From Hemiscyllium ocellatum (taxonomy: Eukaryota): DNA of 64,000 nt. The notes beneath the pieces are model-generated. The model saw nothing but the letters and a program-made list of their open reading frames with translations, ran no database searches and was not told where the DNA came from. Location: the NCBI RefSeq assembly GCF_020745735.1, contig NC_083402.1, positions 8,508,004-8,572,003 on the forward strand, written 5' to 3'. Positions within the stretch are counted from its first letter, which is position 1, and the number at the start of each line of letters is the position of its first letter. A program made the translations under genes and the position numbers. Below, piece after piece: positions 52,201 to 64,000 of the stretch.

Positions 52201-54140
52201 TCAGCTGAGGCAGGGCAGACTGTTGAGAGGATAGGTGCCGGCGCATTGCTGCGAGTGTGGAGCGGAGGATCTTGAAGGAGAACCATTGCTGGTGTTTTAG
52301 AAACTGTAGTCTGTACTGTTTGTCCTGTTCGGGTCCGAACTCTGCTAGTTTAAAGTTGGTCCGGACTCCGTGTGGGATGAGTTGTTTACGAAGGCAGGCA
52401 CTGAGGAAGCAAATCTGGCTGTGGTACCGAGTTTGTTTCACGACATGGTTGAAGAGGTTCAGGGCAGAGGGAATGACCTGGGAGTTGCAATGGGAGAGGG
52501 ACTCTCTGAGATTCTTGTAGAGAGAGGAGGAAAGCTTCTTCAAGGCAGGCATCCTTGCAAGAGAATTCGCAGTAGGGTTAAAATCAACTAGGGAAAAACA
52601 ATGATGCTGGAAACCAGAATCTGGAGTAGAGTGGTGCAGGAAGAGCACAGCAGTTCAGGCAGCATCCGAGGAGCAGTAAAATCGACGTTTTGGGCAAAAG
52701 CCCTTCATCAGGAATACAGGCAGAGAGCCTGAAGGGTGGAGAGATAAGTGAGAGGAGGGTTGGGGTGGGGAGAAAGTAGCATAGAGTACAATAGGTGAGT
52801 GGGGCAGGGCATGAAGATGATAGGTCAGGGGGGAGGGGGGAGTGGATAGGTGGAAAAGAAGATAGGCAGGTAGGACAGGTCATGGGGACAGTGCTGAGCT
52901 GGAAGTTAGGAACTGGGGTGAGGTGGGGGAAGGGGAAGTGAGGAAACTGTTGAAGTCCACATTGATGCCCTGGGGTTGAAGTGTTCCGAGAATGAACATG
53001 AGGCGTTCTTCCTCCAGGCATCTGTGGTGAGGGAGCGGCAGTGAAGGAGGCCTAGGACCTCCATGTCCTTGGCAGAGTGGGAGGGGGAGTTGAAATATTG
53101 GGCCACAGGGCGGTGTGGTTGATTGGTACAGGTGTCCCGGAGATGTTCACTAAAGCGCTCTGCTAGGAGGCGTCCAGTCTCCCCAATGTAGAGGAGACTG
53201 CATTGGGAGCAACGGATACAATAAATGATATTGGTGGATGCGGAAGGCTCATTGGGGCCTTGGATGGAGGTGAGGAGGGAGGTGTGGGTACAGGTTTTGC
53301 AATTGCTGCGGTGGCAGTAGAAGGTGCCAGGATGGGAGGGTGGGTTGAAGGGGGGCGTGGACCTGACCAGGTAGTCATGGAGGGAACAGTCTTTGCGGAA
53401 GGCGGAAAGGGGTGAGGAGGGAAATATATCCCTGGTGGTGAGGTATGTTTGGAGGTGGCAGAAATGTCGGCGGATGATTCGGTTTATGCGAAGGTTGGTA
53501 GGGTGGAAGGTGAGCACCAGGGGTGTTCTGTCCTTGTTACGGTTGGAGGGGTGGGGTCTGAGGCCGGAGGTGTGGGATGTGGACGAGATGCGTTGGAGGG
53601 CATCTTTCACCACGTGGGAAGGGAAATTGCAGTCTCTAAAGAAGGAGGCCATCTGGTGTGTTCTATGGTGGAACTGGTCCTCCTGGGAGCAGATATGGTG
53701 GAGGCGGAGTAATTGGGAATACAGGATGGCATTTTTGCAGGAGGTGGGGTGGAAAGAGGTGTAATCCAGGTAGCTGTGGGAGTCGGTGGGTTTGTAAAAA
53801 ATGTCGGTATCAAGTCGGTCGTCAATAATGGAGATGGAGAGGCCTAGGAAGGGGTAGGAGGTGTCAGAGATGGTCAAGGTAAATTTAAGGTCAGGATGAA
53901 ATGTGTTGGTGAAGTTAATGAATTGCTCAACCTCCTCGCGAGAGCACGAGGTGGCGCCAATGCAGTCATCAATATAGCGGAGGATGAGGTGGGGAGTGGA
54001 AGAATTTACGAGTAAAAAATGAGGTCTGCAGATGCTGGAGATCACAGCTGCAAATGTGTTGCTGGTCAAAGCACAGCAGGTTAGGCAGCATCTCAGGGAT
54101 AGAGAATTCAACGTTTCGAGCATAAGCCCTTCATCAGGAA
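49270..54140 (-). mobile_element. Penelope-like element: near full-length copy (about 49280-52600) preceded by a 5'-truncated tandem copy (about 52600-54000)
   Basis: ORF 52906-54243 (RYIDD, GIY-YIG), N-terminal ORF 51878-52648 and RT pieces 50533-51199 (PADKEG, KIHK, GVAMG). Hammerhead-like cores at about 49370-49400, 52680-52712 and 54106-54140. Frames are broken. Confidence 0.9.
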
Positions 54141-56230
54141 AGAATTTAGACAGCTGAGGAGAGTTGGTAAATTGGCAGATGAAATGCAACATGGGAAAGT
54201 ATGAGATAAAGCAGTTTGGAAGGAAGAATAGAGGCATTGACATTTTTCAAAATTTGGAGAAAGTTCAGACAGCTGAAGTGTAAAGGGTTTTGGGAGTTGT
54301 AATTCAGGTTTCTCTTAAGGTGAACGTGCAGGTTGAGTCAGTAGTTAGGAAGGCAAATGTTGTCATTCATCTTGAGGTGACTAGAATATAAAAACGGGGA
54401 TGTACTTCTGAGGCTTTATAAGGCTCTGGTCAGACCACATGTAAAATACTGTGAGCAATTTTAGGCCCCATACCTCAGCAAAGATGTACTGGCCCTGGAG
54501 CAGGTCCAGGGAACGTTCACAAGCATGATCTCAAGAATGAAAGGCTTAACATATGACGAACACTTGAAGACTCTGGGGTCATACGTGATGGAGTTTAGAA
54601 GGATGAGGGAGGATCTGATTGAAACTTTCAGAATACTGAATGGCCTGGACAGAGCAGATGTTGGGAAGATGTTTCCATTTAAAGGAGAGACTAGGACCTG
54701 ATGTCCCAGTCTTTACTCTAAGGGAAGACCTTTTAAAATGGAGATAAGGAGAAATGTCTTTGGCCAGAGAGTGGTGAATCTCTGGAGTTCATTGCCACAG
54801 AAGTCTGTGGAGGCCAAGTCATTGAGTATATTTAAAACAGAGGTAGAGACGTTCTTGATTGCCATGGGGACCAAAGGTTATGGGGAGAAGGCTGGAAAAT
54901 AGGTTTGAAAAACCTATCAGCCCTGATTGAATGGTGAAGCAAACTTGATGGGCTGAATGGCCTAATTTCTGCTCCTATGTCTTTCGGTCTTAAAATTCAA
55001 AACATTCACCACTCTCTGAGGAAAAAGATTTCTCCTCATCTCAGCCCTAACTGGCATCCCCTTCTTTATAAATTGTGTCACCAGTTTAAAGATCCCCCAA
55101 AGATGGTGGGATTTTCTAGGAGGAGAGGTTGATCCAGCTGGGCCTGTATTCATTAGAGTTTATAAGAAAGAGAGGGGATCTGATTGAAATGTCAAAGAGT
55201 TGGACATATGAGATACAGGGAAGATGTTTCCCCTGGTTGGGGAGTCACTGTCTCAGAACATGGGGTTAACCATTTTGGATTGAAATGGGGAAACATTTTT
55301 TTTCATTCAAAGGGTGGCCAACGTGTGAGATTCACTACCAGAGCAGGTTGTGGAGGCTGAGTATGTTCAATGAAAGAAATTGATACAGTTTGGATCAAGG
55401 GGTTTGGAGAGAAAGTGAGAATATGGTATTGAGATAGAAGACCACGTGGTGGCACGGTGGCACAGTGGTTAGCACTGCTGCCTCACAGCGCCTGAGACCC
55501 GGGTTCAATTCCCGACTCAGGCGACTGACTGTGTGGAGTTTGCACGTTCTCCCCGTGTCTGCGTGGGTTTCCTCCGGGTGCTCCGGTTTCCTCCCACAGT
55601 CCAAAAATGTGTGGGTCAGGTGAATTGGCCATGCTCAATTGCCCGTAGTGTTAGGTAAGGGGTAAATGTAGGGGTATGGGTGGGTTTCGCTTCGGTGGGT
55701 CGGTGTGGACTTGTTGGGCCGAAGGGCCTGTTTCCACACTGTAAATCTAATCTAATCTAACCAACCAAGATCATATTGAATGGCGGAGAAGGCCAAATAG
55801 CCTACTCCTGCTCCTATTTTCTAGAGATTCATAACCAAGAAACACCTCACCTACATGTATTTTGATAAGTATTTTGCAAGTTTCAATGAGAGCACCATGT
55901 GCAGCTCTGATCACTACACTGCAGGAAGGATGTGTTTGCATTGGAGAGGTGCTGAGGGGATTCACCAGAATGTTGCCTGGGATGGAGCAGTTTAGCTCTG
56001 AAGACAGACTGGACAAACTCAGGTTGGTTTATAGACTGAGGAGGGGTTACCTGATAGATTATGAGGGGCATGGACAATGTGGATAGAACGTAACTGTTCC
56101 CCTTAGTTGAAGGGTCAGTAAAAAAAGGAACAAAATTTCAAAGTGAAAGGCAGCAGATTCAGAGGGGTGTTTAAAGAAACAATTTTCACCCAGAGGGTGG
56201 TGATAATCGGGAATGCATTGTCTGGGAAGG
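54140..56230 (+). mobile_element. CR1 3' fragments with a young V-SINE at 55447-55761
   Basis: CR1 C-terminal motifs; SINE head-to-tail match. Confidence 0.75.
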
Positions 56231-57664
56231 TATCCCAACAGTGCAGAATAGGTCATTCAGCCCCTCAAATCCATACTAATCCTCCAAAGAGCATCCCATC
56301 CAAACATCAACTCACTCACCTACCTACTCTATCCCTGCATTTCCTTTGGCTAATCCATGTAACCTACACATCTTTGTGTCGATACTGCATACATTCACGT
56401 AGAACTCTGAGCTCAAAAACTGCAGGAATTTATGTAAAACACTCACTTTTTAGATTAGGATCAATCTAAACATCAGGTCATAGACAGAGAACACAGGGGA
56501 CTAACACCTTCAACATATTGTCTTGCTATCACCATTGTTAACAGCTAACCCGAGAATGCAACTTTAAAACAAAGGTTTTGTGATTTACACATGAAAGAAG
56601 TGAAACTACCACTGTATTCTAACAGATGAAAGGGTTAACAAACAATCAATTTTTCAATGTATAATTTCAGTTACATCACACTGCAAATTTTTGCTATAAA
56701 TTCTGTGTTACAATCGAGCCCTCCACAATCACCTGATGAAAGAGCGTCGCTCCAAAAGCTAGTGCTTCCAATTAAACCTGTTGGACTATAACCTGGTGTG
56801 GTGTGATTTTTAACTTTGTACACATCTTTGGACTCTGAAAGAAAACTGGGGCAACCGGACAAAACCAATGAAGAATGTACAAACTCCGCACAGAAGCTGC
56901 CAAAGGGTGAAATCAAACGCAGGCCCCTGGTGCTGTGAAGCAGCACTGCTAACCACTGGGCCACTATGCCACCCTGTTGTTGAGGCGGGAAACCTCACAA
57001 CCTTTAAAAAATACATGCATGAGCATTTGAAACGTCATAACATTCAAAGCGCTGGGCCAAGTGCCGGGAAGTGGCACTGGTGTAGATTTGGAGTAGTTTC
57101 TGTTGTTGGAGACTTGATGGGCCGAAGGGCCTCTTCTGTACTGTACGATTCTGTGGTCCTTCGAGATCACCTCTCATTCTTTGAAACTCTCGAGAGTACA
57201 GACCCAGTTTGCCCAATTCAATCTTCATGGTACAGTCCCGCCATCCTGTGAACAAGTCTGCTAAACCTTTGTTGCATTCCCTCTTTAGAAATAATATCCT
57301 TCCTGAGATAACAAATTTATACACTGTACACAGTATTCCAAGAATAGCCTTATCAAGTTTCTATATTATTGAAGCAAAGCATCACTGCTCCTGTGCTTAA
57401 ATACTTCTGGGACAACAGCTGACATTCCATCAACTTTTCTTATTGTTTTCTGCACCTGCATTTTACCCATCAGTGATGTTGTAATTATTTCACAAGCAAA
57501 ATGTTGCTGCCCATTTGAGGAACAGCAATGAAAAAGAACAAATATAGTGCTAAACAGTCCCAGGTTATGGAAACTTGCACTGTCAGCAGATGTGGTCATC
57601 AAGAAGAAGGGAATTGCAAGATTAATAAAAATAAATTTGAACAATAAATATTACAAGCACTTAC

Positions 57665-57722
57665 TATGACCCCGCACTGAAACTGACATGAATGCAGAGA
57701 GCCAAAAACAGAGAAAATTCAT
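57665..57722 (-). CDS. Exon 1 (signal peptide) of a predicted Siglec-15-like V-V-TM-ITIM receptor: MNFLCFWLSAFMSVSVRGH
   Basis: ATG at 57722 with A at -3. 19 mostly hydrophobic codons plus 1 nt, then a consensus donor A|GTAAGT (phase 1, matching V1). Lies in a non-repetitive island with an ETS-type motif about 75 nt upstream. The link to V1 across a 32-kb intron is inferred. Confidence 0.65.
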
Positions 57723-57792
57723 TGTTAATTCTTCAGCATGTAGTCCTTCTTGCCCACTGCTTCTTGTCTTTGTAACTCAGAATAGAGAAGTT

Positions 57793-57804
57793 ACTTCACT
57801 TCCT
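57793..57804 (-). promoter_or_regulatory. ETS/PU.1-type site in an EICE-like context (AGGAAGTGAAGT) upstream of the leader exon
   Basis: GGAAGTG core about 75 nt 5' of the ATG. One mismatch from the GGAAnnGAAA composite element. Confidence 0.4.
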
Positions 57805-58679
57805 ATGCTTCTGTAAAGATTCATACACAATATGAACAATAATTGGGAAGTATCAGTGACATAACTGCTGGGAAATTAACATAAAAACCATTGTACATTG
57901 TGAAATACTCAGGCTATGAGTATTTCTGGCCTGGCCAGCATTTATTCCTCTTCCCCAATTGTCCTTGTAATGGAGGGCTAGGTAAATAGCCTTCCTAAAC
58001 TGCTGTAGTCTCTGTGGTGCACGGACATCATGATTTGATTTGATTGATTGTGGTTATTTGTACCTAAGCACAGTGAAAATCTTTGTTTTGCGAACAGTAC
58101 GGGCAGATCACGGCAAACAAGGACATACAGATCATAGGGCGCTTAGACATCGCAATGAAGGAGCTCCAGGATTTTGACCCAGTGACTTTTGCTATTTCAA
58201 AAATATCCTTTATTCATAAAACTGTCTTATTGTACATACATAGTCAGGATGGTGAGTGGTTTGAAGGGGAATCAACAGGTGGTTGTCCTCCTCGATGGCA
58301 GTGGTAATGGGTTTGGAATAACCTTGGTGAATCCTGCATTGCATCTTGTAGATGGGAAACAGTCTTGCTACTGTGCCTCAATGGTGAAGGAACCTGATGT
58401 TAAAAGTGATGGATTTTGTTTATTCATTTGGGGAATGAGGGCATTATTGGCTGGGCCAGCAACTCATCCCCAGGTGTCCTTGAGAAGCTGGTGCTGCACT
58501 GCCTTCTTCAACCACTGCAATCTACTTCTTATGGGTTGGCCCACAATGCTTTTAGGGAGGAGACTTTGTAGCAATTGATACAACTGAGTGGCTTGCTAGT
58601 CTATTTCAGATGGCAGATGAGAGTCAACCATAAGTAGTGAGTCAGAAGTAGACCAAACCAGGTGAGGATGGCAGATTTC

Positions 58680-60240
58680 ATAAAACCATTAAACATAGGA
58701 GCAGAAATTAGGCCATTTAGCCCAACGGGTCTACTCTGTCATTCAATCATGGCTGATATGTTTCTCAAGGAGAAAGTGAGGACTGCAGATGCTGGAGATC
58801 AGAGCTTAAAAATGTGTTGCTGGAATAGCGCTGCGCTTTTCCAGCAACACGTTTTTAAGCTCTGATATGTTTCTCAACCATATTCTTCCACTTTCTTCTC
58901 ATAACCCTTGATCCCCTTGACAACCAAGAACCTATCTAGCTCTGTTTTAAATATATTCAATGACCGGGTCTCCAAAGCCTTCCATGGTAATGAATTCCAT
59001 AGATTCACCACGTCTGGCTGAAGAAGTTTCTCCTCATCTCCATTCTAAAAGGCGTTCCCTTTTTTCTAAGTTTGTGCCCTCAGGTCCTGGTCTTTCCTAT
59101 CAATGGAAACATCTTCCCAACATCCACTCTGTTCGTGCTATTTAATATTCTGTAAGTTTTAATCAGGTCCCCCCCTCATCCTTCTAAACTCCATTGAGTA
59201 TAGTCCCAGAGCCCTCAAACTTTCCTCGTGTGTTAAGCTTTTCATTCCTGGGACCATTCTCATGACCTTCCTCAGAACATGCTCCAGGTTCAGTCCATCC
59301 TTCCTGAGATATGGGGCCCAAAACTGCACAATACTCTAAATGTGGCCTAACCAGAGCCTTAGAGTCTCAGAAGTACATCCCTGTTTTTATAAACAAGTCC
59401 TCTCAAAATAAATGCCAACGTTGCATTTGCCGTCCTAACTACTGACTCAGAGTCAAATATTGTGGTGCTGGAAGTGCACAGCCAGTCAGGTAGAATCCGA
59501 GGAGCGGGAGAATCAGCATTTCGAACGTAAGCTCTTCACCAGGAACACTCAAAGTGTCGACTCTCCTGCTCCTTGGGTGCCAGCTGAACGGCTGTGCTTT
59601 TCTAGCACCACACTTTTTGACTCCAATCTCCAGAATCTGCAGTCCTCAATTTCTCCTAACTAATGGCTCAACGTGCAAGTTTTCCTTGACAGAATCCGGG
59701 ACGAGAACTCTCTTGTTTCTTTGCACTTCAGGCTTCTTAAATTTCTCCCCATGTAGAAAATTGTCCATTTCTCTATTCTTCCTACTAAAGTGCATCACCT
59801 CATAATTTCCCACATGGTTCATCTGTCACTTCTTTGCCCACTCTCCTAATCTGTCCAAATCCTTCTGCAGCCCCCCACCTCTGCAATTCCTCTACCTCTA
59901 CCTATCTTTGTATCATCTGCAAACCTAACCAGAATGCCCTCAGTTCCTTCATCTGCATCATTAATGTATAAAGTTGTGGTCCCAACACTGAACACACTTG
60001 TGTTGCTGTCCTGAGAAGGACCCTATTATCTCCTCTCTGCTTTCTGCCAAACAGCCAATCTTCTATCCATGCTAGCACTTTGCCTCTAACACCCATGGGC
60101 CCTTATCTTACTCATCAGCCTCCTGTGAGGCACCTTATCAAAGACCTTCTTGAAGTCCAGGTCAATAACATCCATTAGCTGACCTTGGTCTAACCTGCTC
60201 ATCAAAGAACTCTAGCAGATTTCCTTCCCTGAAGGACATT
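58680..60240 (-). mobile_element. CR1 remnants with a fold-back PLE end at 58769-58861 (16-bp TSD)
   Basis: ctgatatgtttctcaa at 58753-58768 and 58862-58877. Confidence 0.75.
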
Positions 60241-61003
60241 AGTAAGCCAGATGAGTTTTCCTGACAATTAACAATGGGTTCACAGTTCTCAGTAGAATCT
60301 TAATTCCAGACATTTTTTATTGAATTTAAATTCCACCATCTGCCATATTCGAACCCAAGTCTCCAGCTGAGTTTCTAGATTAATAGCCTAGCATTAAAAC
60401 TACCAGGCCATCACCTCCTGATTAGGTGCCAATCAAGTGGGATGTTTTGCCCTTCCTGAACATCTTGAGCATCATTGAATGCACCTTTACACTTGTGGCT
60501 TGTTCCTTGTAAATGGTGGACAGTCTTTGAGTCAGGTGAGTTGCTGGCCATAGATTCCCCAACCTCTAGGCGGCATTTGTAATCATAGCTTTCATGCTGA
60601 CTGGTCTGTTTCTGGCTAATGCTAAATTCAGTGATGGTAATGCCATTTAACATTAAGGGAGATGGTTAGATTCTCCTTTGTTGGAGATGGTCATTGACTG
60701 ATAGTGAATGTTGTCCAAGTCATACTGTATATGTGCATAAACCCCTTCAGTATCTGAGGATTCAGAAACATCACTGAACATTGTGCAATCATCAGGTAAC
60801 ATTACCACTTTTGACCTTATGATGAAGCAACTGAAGATGATTGGGCAAAGGTCACTACCCTGAGGAACTGCTATGGACTTGAGTTACTGACCTCCAACAA
60901 TCACAGCCATCTTCCTTTGTGCTGGGTCTCAGTCAAATCAGTGGAGAATTATCCTTGATTCCCATCAACTCTTTTTTTTCTCTAGACCTCCTTGGATGCT
61001 GCA

Positions 61004-61092
61004 TCAAGTTTTGCTTTCACTCTCAGAATTTTCATCAGATTCTGTAAATCTTGAGGCAACAGTTTCTCTTTCACTGTAAATATCAGTCACTC
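61004..61092 (-). CDS. Possible terminal exon of an upstream neighbouring gene: (G)VTDIYSERETVASRFTESDENSESESKT*
   Basis: Strong acceptor ttctttttacatgctccag. Only phase 1 is open (28 codons to TGA). Non-repetitive island. No partner exon found in the window. Confidence 0.35.
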
Positions 61093-61639
61093 CTGGAGCA
61101 TGTAAAAAGAATGGGTAAGATAAGTAATAAAATATCACCTTCATGCTCCCATTAAACATGCCAGGAATATGTACAGTTGGGGTAATAGATTACTTACAGA
61201 GTAGATTATGTACTTACATCTATATATTATTCGAAACAACATGCATTAATCTGCAGGAAACTGTCCGGTGTATTTCCAAGCAGTGAGTTCAAGGGCTGTA
61301 TCTTGTGCTTCTTTTGAGCTAAGTGATAGTTTATTCGCGTTTCATGGAAGGATTCTCAACATGAGGACCAGTGAGATCTCTCTCTATACAGAACATAGAA
61401 CTGTAGAGCCCCGCAATGGCCCTTCGGTCCATGATGTTGTGCCAAATATGATATCAAATTAAACTAATCCCTTCTGCCTCCCCTTGGTCCATATCCGTCC
61501 ATTCCTTGCATACTCATGTGCTTATCTAAAAGTCTCTGAAGAAACCTGTCCAATTAACTACCTACCTCTCCCCCAAGACTCCCTTCTCACTCAATTCTAA
61601 CCCTGTCTACCATGACTGTTCCCAATACAGTTCACCAGC

Positions 61640-64000
61640 ATCCCAGGCACTGGTGACATAGAACACAGACCCTTCGCCCTTCGATGTTGCACCGACCTGT
61701 GAAACCAATCTGAAGCCCCACTAACCTACACTATTCCATTTTCATCCATATGTTTATCCAATGACCATTTAAAAGCCCTTCAAGTTGGCGAGTCTACTCT
61801 TGTTACAGGCAGGGCATTCCACACCCCTACTACTCTCTGAGTAAAGAAACTACCTCTGACATCTGCCCTATATCTATCATCCCTCAATTTAAAGCTTTGT
61901 CCCCTCGTGCTAGCTATCACCATCCAAGGAAAAAGGATCTCACTGTCTACCCTATCTAATCCTTTGATTATCTTATATGTCTCAATTAAGTCACCTCTCA
62001 ATATATTTTTCTCTAACAAAAGCAGCCTCAAATCCCTCAGCCTTTCCTCATAAGACGTTCCCTCCATACCAGGCAACATCCTAGTAAATCTCCTCTGAAA
62101 CCATTCCAAAGTATTCACATCCTTCCTATAATGTGGTGACCAGAACTGTACACAATACTCCAAGTGTGGCCGCACCAGAGCTTTGTACAGCTGCAGCATG
62201 ACCTCATGGCCACAAAGCTCAACTCCTCTACCAATAAAAGCCAGCACACCATATGCCTTCTTAACAACCCTAACAATCTGAGTAGCAACTTTCAGGGATC
62301 CATGTACATAGACACCGAGACCTCTCTGCTCGACTACACTTCCAAGAATCTTACCATTAGCCCAGTACTCTGTACTCCTGTTGCTCCTTCCAAAGTGAAT
62401 CACTTCACACTTTTCTGCATTAAACTCCATTTGCCACCTCTCAGCCCAGCTCTGCAGCTTATCTATGTCCCTCTGTAACCTGCAACATCCTTCAGCACTA
62501 TCCAGAACTTTACCAAACTCACTATCGACTGCAATTTATGAACCCATCCTTCTACACCCTCACCCAGATCGTTTATAAAAATGACAAACAGCAGTGGCCG
62601 CAAAACAGATCCTTGCAGTACACCACTAGTAACTGAACACTAGCACGAATATTTCCCATCAACCATCATCCTCTGTCCTCTTTCAGCTCGCCAATTTCTG
62701 ATCCAAACCACTAAATCACCCTCAATCCTATGCCTCTGCATTATGTGCAATAGTCTACCGTGGGAAACCTTATCAAAGGCCTGACTGAAATACGTATACA
62801 CCACATCAACCACTTTACCTCATCCACCTGTTTGGTCACCTTCTCAAAGAACTCAATAAGTTTTGTAAGGCACGACCTACCCTTCACAAGTCCATGTTGA
62901 TTATCCCTAATCAACTTGTGCCTTTCCAGATGATTATAAATCCTATCTCTTATAACCTTTTTCAACACCTTACCTCCAACCAAAGTAAGGTTCACTGGTC
63001 TATAATTATCAGGGTTGTCTGTACTCACCTTCTTAAATAAGGAATTAGCATTTGCTATCATCTAGTTTTCTGGCACACTTCCTGTAGACAATGATGACAT
63101 AAAGTTCAAAGCCAAAGGCTCTGCAATCTCCTCCCTGGCTTCACAGAGAATTCTAGGATAAATCCCATCCTGCCCTGGGAACTTATCTATTTTCACACTT
63201 TTCAGAATTGCTAACACCTCCTCCTTGTGAATCTCAATCCCATCTATCTAGTAGCCTGTGTCTCAGTAATCTCCTCAACAACGTTGCCTTTTTCCAGTGT
63301 GAATACTAACAAAAATATTCATCTAGTCCTTCTCCTATCTCCTCAGACTCCACGCATAATGTCCCACTACTGTTCTTGATTGGCCCTAATCTTTTTCTAG
63401 TCAATCTTTTATTCCTGATAAACCTATAGAAAGCTTCAGGGTTTTCCTTGATCATATGTGCCAAACTTGTGACTCTTGAGCACTCTAACTGAGCCTTCAT
63501 GTCTCATCCTAACATAAGCCTTCTTCTTCTTCTTGACAAGAGATTCAACTTCCTTAATAAACCATGGCTCTCTTGCTCAACCCCTTCCTCCCTGCCTGAC
63601 AGGTACATATTTATCAAGGATCCACACTTCAATTGTGCCCACCCCCAGCAGTTTCCTTACCCATCCTGTGCATTCTAAATCTTGCCTAATCACATCATAA
63701 TTGCTTTCCCCCCAGCTGTAACTCTTGCCCTGTGGTACATACCTATCCCTACCCATCGCCAAAGTAAATATAACCTAATTGTGGTCACTATCACCAAAGT
63801 GCTCACCTACCTCCAAATCTAACAGCTGGCCAGGTTCATTACCCAGTACCAAATCCAATGTGGCCTCACCCCTTGTTGGCTTGTCTACACACTGTGTCAG
63901 GAAACCCTCCTGCACAAATGCTGAACCATCTAAAGTACTTTTACAGTGATATTTCCAGTCAATATTTAGTAAGTTAAGGTTCCCCATAACAACTACCATG
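61640..64000 (-). mobile_element. CR1 LINE ORF2 (endonuclease to RT C-terminus), runs off the window
   Basis: ORFs 63775-63999 (VMGNLN, DSDHN), 62741-63061 and 61780-62430. Confidence 0.9.

Noticed and set aside
50092-53825. Many overlapping 60-150 aa ORFs on both strands
   Set aside because: These are alternative or antisense frames of the GC-rich Penelope element.
3323-55761. tRNA-like sequences at SINE heads
   Set aside because: All continue into the V-SINE body and tail, so they are not tRNA genes.
57366-57644. ORF beginning with a signal-like FKFIFINLAIPFF
   Set aside because: It starts at TTG, lies just inside intron 1, and has no suitable donor or domain.

Overview
This is eukaryotic genomic DNA. 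The repeat content (V-SINE/HE1-type SINEs, CR1 LINEs, Penelope-like elements) points to a shark or other elasmobranch; that assignment is inference. Most of the 64 kb is transposon debris: CR1, L2-like, Rex1/Babar and Tx1 LINEs, Penelope-like elements (PLEs) carrying hammerhead-ribozyme motifs, Gypsy LTR remnants and SINEs. Threaded through it on the minus strand is a seven-exon immune-receptor gene that I assembled by hand from GT/AG sites. The exons are leader 57665-57722, V1 25234-25617, V2 21175-21525, TM 11485-11598, cytoplasmic 6741-6780 and 3706-3767, and terminal 879-934. They join in one open frame of 1065 nt (354 aa plus stop). The product has a signal peptide, a Siglec-15-like V-set domain with the sialic-acid-binding Arg, a second V-set domain lacking that Arg, an uncharged TM helix and a C-terminal ITIM (VHYSLL). 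The ITIM exon is the first unit of a 7-unit, 50-53 nt tandem array in which each unit rebuilds a splice acceptor and most units are closed by a stop from the next unit. The last intron holds a retrozyme-like tandem of 325-nt units with sense-strand hammerhead motifs. Splicing, expression and activity are unverified predictions. Most TE boundaries are approximate.
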